DNA of 40,511 nucleotides, taken from assembly GCA_001001205.1 (NCBI GenBank), contig LCKE01000002.1, positions 1 to 40,511 of the forward strand, written 5' to 3'. This DNA comes from Parcubacteria group bacterium GW2011_GWF2_45_11 (lineage in GTDB: Bacteria > Patescibacteriota > Patescibacteriia > UBA1558 > UBA10009). The position numbers and the translations under genes were made by a program. Of the stretch, positions 35,615 to 40,511 are shown piece by piece. How positions within the stretch are numbered: position 1 is the stretch's first letter; each line of letters begins with the position of its first letter. Below the pieces are notes generated by a model. The model saw only the letters and a list, made by a program, of their open reading frames with translations. It ran no database searches and had not been told where the DNA came from.

Positions 35615-37498
35615 TTAGACTTCAATAATTACCGGCAGCACCATAGGGCGCCTTTCGGTTTTTTGGAAGAGGAATTTGCCGATTTCATTCCTGATTTTTT
35701 CCTTTATGTAGGCGTCGTTGGCCGAGGTTTTGGGATTGTAATCTTTTAAGATGGAACGGACTTTTTTCCGGGTGGCTTCAACCAGTTCTTTGTTTTCTTT
35801 CATATAGATAAAGCCGCGCGAAATTAAATCGGGATTTTGCACCAGCTGGCCGGTTTTACCCCTAATGGTGGCGATAACGACAATCATGCCATCGGCCGCC
35901 ATCATTTGTCTGTCCCTAATGACGATATTGGAAACATCGCCCACGCCCAGTCCGTCGACAAAAACATAGTCGCTCGGCACCTTGGTGCTGGTCAGCCGCC
36001 CGCCCTTTTTGGTGAATTCAATGACCTGGCCGTTGTCGGCCACGAAGATTTTTAAGGGGTTGATGCCGGTGGCCTCGGCGATTTTGGCATGCATTCTTAA
36101 GAAGGAGTGGTTGCCTTCAATGGGGACAAAGTATTCCGGCTGAACCAGCTTAAGCAAGAATTTAAGGTCTTCGGCCTTGGCGTGTCCGCCGGCATGGATA
36201 TCCACCATTTGGTAATGAATCACTTCGGCGCCCAGGCGGTAAATGGAATCTTTAAGCCTTTGCACCGAACGTTCGTTGCCGGGGACGACCGAAGAGGAAA
36301 AGACTACCGTGTCGGCCGGTTCAATTTTCAGGCTGCGATGTTCCTGGTTGGCAATGCGCATTAAAACCGCCCGGCCTTCGCCCTGGGCTCCCGTGCACAT
36401 GATGATAATTTTATTTTTGGGATAATCGTCAATTTCTTTGAGGGAGATCAGGGTGCCTTTTTTCATTTTAAGATACCCCAGGGACTGGGCGATCTCAACG
36501 TTGGTTTTCATGGAGTAGCCGTCAAAGGTGATTTTTTTGCCCAGTTTTTCCGCCGCCCAGACAATTTGCTGGATGCGGCTTAAGAGCGAGGCAAAGGTGC
36601 CGATAATCAAACGGCCTTTGGCGTTGCGGATGATTTCATCCAGATTGACCTGAATTTCGCTTTCGCTCAGCTGATGGCCGGGCTGCGAGGCGTTGGTGGA
36701 GTCGGCCAGCAAGGCCAAGACTTTTTGCCCGCTTAAGGCGGCGATTTTATCAATTTCCGAGGGGGTGTCGCCGGAACTCTCCAGGCTGAGTTTAAAGTCG
36801 CCAGTGTGGACTATTTTGCCTAAGGGTGTGTCCACCACTATGCCCATGGAAGTGGGAATATTATGGCTGACGCCAAAAAAGCTGACGGTAAAGACGCCCG
36901 CTTTGATGACGTCGTTGGTCGTCACCGCCTGCAGCCTTAAGTCGCCGTTACTTTTAAAGTCTTCCTGTCTTTTGGAAATCATGGCCAAAGTTAAATCGGA
37001 ACTGTAAATAATGGGATTGTTTAATTGGCCGATGAGGTGAGGAATGGCGCCGATATGGTCGTAGTGTCCGTGGGTGATAAAAACTCCGCGGATTTTTTTT
37101 ACTTTGCCTTTTAAATATTCAATGTTGGGAATGATGTAATCAATGCCGGGCATGTCTTCTTCCGGAAACTGGAGGCCCATGTCAATAATAATAATATCGT
37201 TTTCATATTCCAAAACTGTCATATTGCGGCCGACTTCTTCGTTGCCGCCCAGGACAATAACTTTAAGTTTGCCATCCTGATTAAAGACGGTTTTTTGAGG
37301 CTGGTTAAAATTGTTCGCCGGCCGTCTGTCTTGAGTCCGGCGGCGGTGTGTGCGGTGTCGCGTTCCCTGACCGGCCGGTCTTTGGCTCCGAGTCTCAGAC
37401 TCAAGGAGCGGGCTCGGCGCCAGAGATGGCTGCTTGGACAGGCGGTCACCCTGCGGAAACCGGCGCGGCCGGTTTGATTTAGTTTTTGATTTTACCAT
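35615..37498 (-). CDS. rnj: Ribonuclease J
   Basis: LGG.EEVG.NM, THGHYDHIG, HTGDFK, TGAQGE, HAGGHA, RRPMVLP. Confidence 0.97.
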   Translation of the reverse strand: MVKSKTKSNRPRRFPQGDRLSKQPSLAPSPLLESETRSQRPAGQGTRHRTHRRRTQDRRPANNFNQPQKTVFNQDGKLKVIVLGGNEEVGRNMTVLEYENDIIIIDMGLQFPEEDMPGIDYIIPNIEYLKGKVKKIRGVFITHGHYDHIGAIPHLIGQLNNPIIYSSDLTLAMISKRQEDFKSNGDLRLQAVTTNDVIKAGVFTVSFFGVSHNIPTSMGIVVDTPLGKIVHTGDFKLSLESSGDTPSEIDKIAALSGQKVLALLADSTNASQPGHQLSESEIQVNLDEIIRNAKGRLIIGTFASLLSRIQQIVWAAEKLGKKITFDGYSMKTNVEIAQSLGYLKMKKGTLISLKEIDDYPKNKIIIMCTGAQGEGRAVLMRIANQEHRSLKIEPADTVVFSSSVVPGNERSVQRLKDSIYRLGAEVIHYQMVDIHAGGHAKAEDLKFLLKLVQPEYFVPIEGNHSFLRMHAKIAEATGINPLKIFVADNGQVIEFTKKGGRLTSTKVPSDYVFVDGLGVGDVSNIVIRDRQMMAADGMIVVIATIRGKTGQLVQNPDLISRGFIYMKENKELVEATRKKVRSILKDYNPKTSANDAYIKEKIRNEIGKFLFQKTERRPMVLPVIIEV

Positions 37499-37962
37499 AA
37501 AATTGCGTATCGCCCGTTGCCAGATGGAGTTTTGGTTTTTAACTCAAAGGCAAACAGGCATTTTGAGATACTGTTAGTGTTTAATGAATTAATTTTAGTT
37601 GTTGTTTAATTGAGAATTAAGAATAAGATTTAGAGACCGACGGTTTTTGAATTTTACATATATTCAAAAGAACGGGGTCTCAGGAGTTTAAGAGTTGAAG
37701 ATAAATTGAAGTTGTCGGGCTGGCGCCAGGGCTGATTTTTGATGTCCACTGCCGGAAAATTTTAAGCCAGGTCGTGACAATGCGGTTTAGCCGCCAGATT
37801 GTGCGCGTCATCCAGGCTGGTCGTTTTTTATTATGGCACCTAAGACCCCGCCAAAACTTCCCTGCGCTTAAGCTCGGTCGTTGGCGTGGTAGGGAGGATT
37901 GAGTATTTAATTAGGGAATCAAGGCCGATTCAATAAACCGTGCGCGCCCGCCTGCCAGAGCC

Positions 37963-38048
37963 TGGTGCCAGAGGTGGGACTTGAACCCACAAGCTTTTTA
38001 GGCACACGGCTCTGAACCGTGCGTGTTTGCCAATTTCACCACTCTGGC
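37963..38048 (-). tRNA. tRNA-Leu(CAG)
   Basis: GCCAGAG/CTCTGGC acceptor stem, anticodon arm CACGG-TTCAGAG-CCGTG, long variable arm, GGTTCAAGTCC T arm, encoded CCA. Confidence 0.97.
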
Positions 38049-38142
38049 GCCCGGCACTAGAGGCGAAATTAGTGTCTGAGCGCATGTTATTAATTTAATT
38101 TACGAAAGATAAATGATACGGTGGCGGGCTGGGTTATAATAT

Positions 38143-40002
38143 TTAAGAAGCTGAGTCCGGTTTTTTCCAGGAAAATTGTCGTTCGGTTTTGATGTACCAA
38201 TCGGTGATTTTGTTAAAACGGTCCGCCGGGGTTGTAATTCTGGTGGTGGTTATGCCTTTAATCATTTCGTCTACCGGATAAGTGTGAATGGGGTTGTATA
38301 AAAAGATGGCCGGCACGTATTGCGAAATAATATTTTGAAAGTGAATATATTTTTTATTTATTTCTTCCAGGTTTTCCATGGTTCTGGCTTCTTCCAGAAC
38401 TTGATCAACGTCGCGGTTCGCCCAAACCGCCAGATTGGCGCCCGGGCTGGCCATTTGCGAGGAATGCCAGAAAGGATAGGGATCGGATTTGATGATTTCG
38501 CCGAATAACAGGGCGTCGTAACTGCGCGGTTCAATAATGTCATTTTTGATCCGGTCTTTGCCGATGATTTCTATATTGGTGCTGACGCCGATGTCTCCCC
38601 AGTTTTTTTTAATAATGTTTAAAGCGTTGGTATATTCAATTTTTTCCACCGTGGTTAAAGTCAGCTGCAGGATCTGATCATTTTTTTTTCTGACCATGGC
38701 GCTGGTCCCCTCGTCTTGAACCAGTTTCCAGCCGGCTTCGTCTAAAAGTTTTTTCGCCGTCTCGGGGTCATAAGTGTATTTTTTGATATCTGGATGATAA
38801 CCGATAAAGCCCGGCAAGATTGGGCCGTTAATAATGGCGCCTTTTTGGTCCAGTGATTCCTGGAGAATCAACTGCCGGTTGATGGCATAGGCCAGGGCCT
38901 GCCTGACCTGAACTGCCTGGAGAACATCATTTCTTTTGGTGTTGAAGAAAATCGCCGTGTACTGGGGCAATGATAAAGAATAGTATCTTAAGGATTTGTT
39001 TTTTTCAACTTTAGCCTGAAATTCCTGGGGTAGCAGATTCAAGCCCTGAATATTTTTGTTGGCTAAGGCGTCGGTAGCCGATTCAAAATCGCCGTAAAAT
39101 TTAAAACTGATTTCCTTGAGGTAGGGTTTTTGTCCGTAATAATCATCATTACGTTTCAGGGTGTAGGTTCTGATGTTGCCGTTTTTGTCTTTGGTTAATG
39201 AGGCGAACATGAACGGCCCGGTACCCACCGGTTTTTTATTTAATTCCGCCAAAGTGGCGTTGGCGGCCGGCACGGTTAGCCATTTATGTTTGGGCAGAAT
39301 GCCAAAGGTCAGGCTGTTCAAAAAGTTGGCCAGCGGCTCTTTAAGAATAAAGCGCACAGTGGTTTCGTCTAACTTTTCCATCTGCACGTTGCCCAAAGCG
39401 CTTTTAAGCTGGCTTTGCCATTCGGGGTCTTGGATGTTAGTGACGGTAAAAATAATGTCATCAATGGTCAAAGGCTGGCCGTCGTGCCATTTAACGTTGT
39501 CTTTGATTTTAAAGGTGTAAATTTTGCGGTCAGGGCTGATTTGAAAGCTTTCGGCCAGATCGGGCTCCAACACGCCTTCGTTGTTTATTTTTAACAGGCC
39601 GTTGAAGATTAAATTCGCCAAATCGCGGTCAACGTCATTATAGGAAGCTAAAATAGGGTTGATATACTGAGGAGTACCGACCAGGCCTTCAACGTAACTG
39701 CCGCCGCCGGCCGGAACTATAACCGTGTGTTTAAAGTAAAAGTCTCCGACTAACAGCACCAGGCAAAGGCCGATAACCGCGCTTAATATCTTGATGATCT
39801 GCAATTCTTTTTTAGAAAGAAAGCGGGGCAGCGCTTTTAATTGCGATAAGCTGGGCAGAGTTTTGCGCGAAAGATTAAAAACCAGCTTGCGATCAAGCTT
39901 ATTGGAAGCGTTGAGTGAATTGGCGGCGCTTTTAATCTTGAATTTTAATAATTTGACAAAAAGATTTTGCAATTTTTTTTGCCAATTTTTAATGGAGTCC
40001 AC
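38143..40002 (-). CDS. OppA/DppA-like (family 5) ABC substrate-binding protein, TM-anchored
   Basis: GG.YVEG.VG.P..INP, PDLAES, WHDG.P.T.DD..FT, PVGTGPF, VRQALAYAINR. Confidence 0.92.
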   Translation of the reverse strand: MDSIKNWQKKLQNLFVKLLKFKIKSAANSLNASNKLDRKLVFNLSRKTLPSLSQLKALPRFLSKKELQIIKILSAVIGLCLVLLVGDFYFKHTVIVPAGGGSYVEGLVGTPQYINPILASYNDVDRDLANLIFNGLLKINNEGVLEPDLAESFQISPDRKIYTFKIKDNVKWHDGQPLTIDDIIFTVTNIQDPEWQSQLKSALGNVQMEKLDETTVRFILKEPLANFLNSLTFGILPKHKWLTVPAANATLAELNKKPVGTGPFMFASLTKDKNGNIRTYTLKRNDDYYGQKPYLKEISFKFYGDFESATDALANKNIQGLNLLPQEFQAKVEKNKSLRYYSLSLPQYTAIFFNTKRNDVLQAVQVRQALAYAINRQLILQESLDQKGAIINGPILPGFIGYHPDIKKYTYDPETAKKLLDEAGWKLVQDEGTSAMVRKKNDQILQLTLTTVEKIEYTNALNIIKKNWGDIGVSTNIEIIGKDRIKNDIIEPRSYDALLFGEIIKSDPYPFWHSSQMASPGANLAVWANRDVDQVLEEARTMENLEEINKKYIHFQNIISQYVPAIFLYNPIHTYPVDEMIKGITTTRITTPADRFNKITDWYIKTERQFSWKKPDSAS

Positions 40003-40004
40003 GT

Positions 40005-40226
40005 TTATTTGGATAAGAAAACGTTTACGACGGCCAGTCCCAGAAACAGGACGGCAAGAACAATAGTCGCGATAAAGATAGTTTTTTCAGCGCCACGCTT
40101 GGTGCGGTAAACTCCGCCTTCACCGCCGAAAATACCGCCTAAACCAGCGCCGCGGTTTTGAATCATGATAGCGGCGATTAATAGAACCGCTATAACGAGT
40201 TGTACTATTTGCAGAAGACTTTGCAT
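40005..40226 (-). CDS. secG: Preprotein translocase subunit SecG
   Basis: Two TM helices flanking Q..G.GLGG.FGG; R..RG.EK. Confidence 0.95.
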   Translation of the reverse strand: MQSLLQIVQLVIAVLLIAAIMIQNRGAGLGGIFGGEGGVYRTKRGAEKTIFIATIVLAVLFLGLAVVNVFLSK

Positions 40227-40240
40227 AAAAATCGTTTTTA

Positions 40241-40269
40241 ATAATAGCAGACGGGCGGATAAATGTCAA
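40241..40269 (-). promoter_or_regulatory. sigma70-type promoter for secG and the binding-protein gene
   Basis: TTGACA-17 nt-TATTAT. Confidence 0.7.
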
Positions 40270-40284
40270 GGAAAAATCATAATT

Positions 40285-40511
40285 TGTCAACGGGAAATAG
40301 AAATGTCATACTTGGCGGGAAGTTAAAATGTCCTACTTGATTGATTTAAGTTGGCAAGAATTTGAGCTCTGCCAGCCAGTCGCCAGGGATGATTTACAGG
40401 TGGGATATGCGCTTTGGTAGCCGGTAATATCCAAGGCATTTTGACTGGCAAAATCTGTTTTACCGGACGCTGTGGTAGTAGTTCGTAATTTAGGTATTTT
40501 CCTCTAAGGCG
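40285..40511 (-). mobile_element. Right end of an ISNCY/IS1202-like insertion sequence
   Basis: TGT terminus at 40285 and two 23-nt subterminal repeats: CGGGAAATAGAAATGTCATACTT (40291) and CGGGAAGTTAAAATGTCCTACTT (40316). Confidence 0.75.
40323..40511 (-). CDS. Transposase C-terminus (ISNCY/IS1202-like), partial
   Basis: Manual translation RLRGKYLNYELLPQRP...HIPPVNHPWR...SSRTF*; P..NHPWR is typical of these transposase tails; the stop lies within the end repeats. Confidence 0.75.
   Translation of the reverse strand, partial: RLRGKYLNYELLPQRPVKQILPVKMPWILPATKAHIPPVNHPWRLAGRAQILANLNQSSRTF

Noticed and set aside
37953-37960. Prophage/integrative att duplication of the tRNA-Leu 3' end
   Set aside because: Only an 8-nt match (TGCCAGAG) next to the tRNA, with no integrase nearby.

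Overview
Chromosomal segment of a reduced-genome bacterium, most consistent with Patescibacteria/CPR (Parcubacteria-like). This is inferred from gene content, the scarcity of Shine-Dalgarno sites, and a surface protein with a CPR-type C-terminal repeat. Most genes are housekeeping: hup, ymdB, rny, gyrA, NIF3-like, ruvB, queH, queA, ychF, pcrA/uvrD, riboflavin kinase, glyA, PMM/PGM, murI, trpS, rnj, tRNA-Leu(CAG), an OppA-like binding protein and secG. Mobile DNA: a partial IS200/IS605 tnpA at the left edge, a decayed IS1595 at about 3.4-4.1 kb, and the right end of an ISNCY/IS1202-like element at the right edge. Main signals: (1) a head-to-head pair of Elp3 and a methyltransferase with Trm9/ALKBH8 signatures, a candidate eukaryote-like mcm5U34 tRNA pathway in a bacterium; (2) a Translin/TRAX-like nuclease with intact catalytic residues, behind a promoter and a ~270-nt structured RNA; (3) an ECF sigma / frameshifted anti-sigma / CARDB-Kazal surface protein module whose promoter motif appears twice; (4) long structured leaders before rny (6S candidate) and rnj; (5) a DEDD exonuclease-WYL fusion; (6) several tandem and palindromic repeats and unannotated small ORFs. 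All family calls come from recognising motifs by eye, not from database searches.
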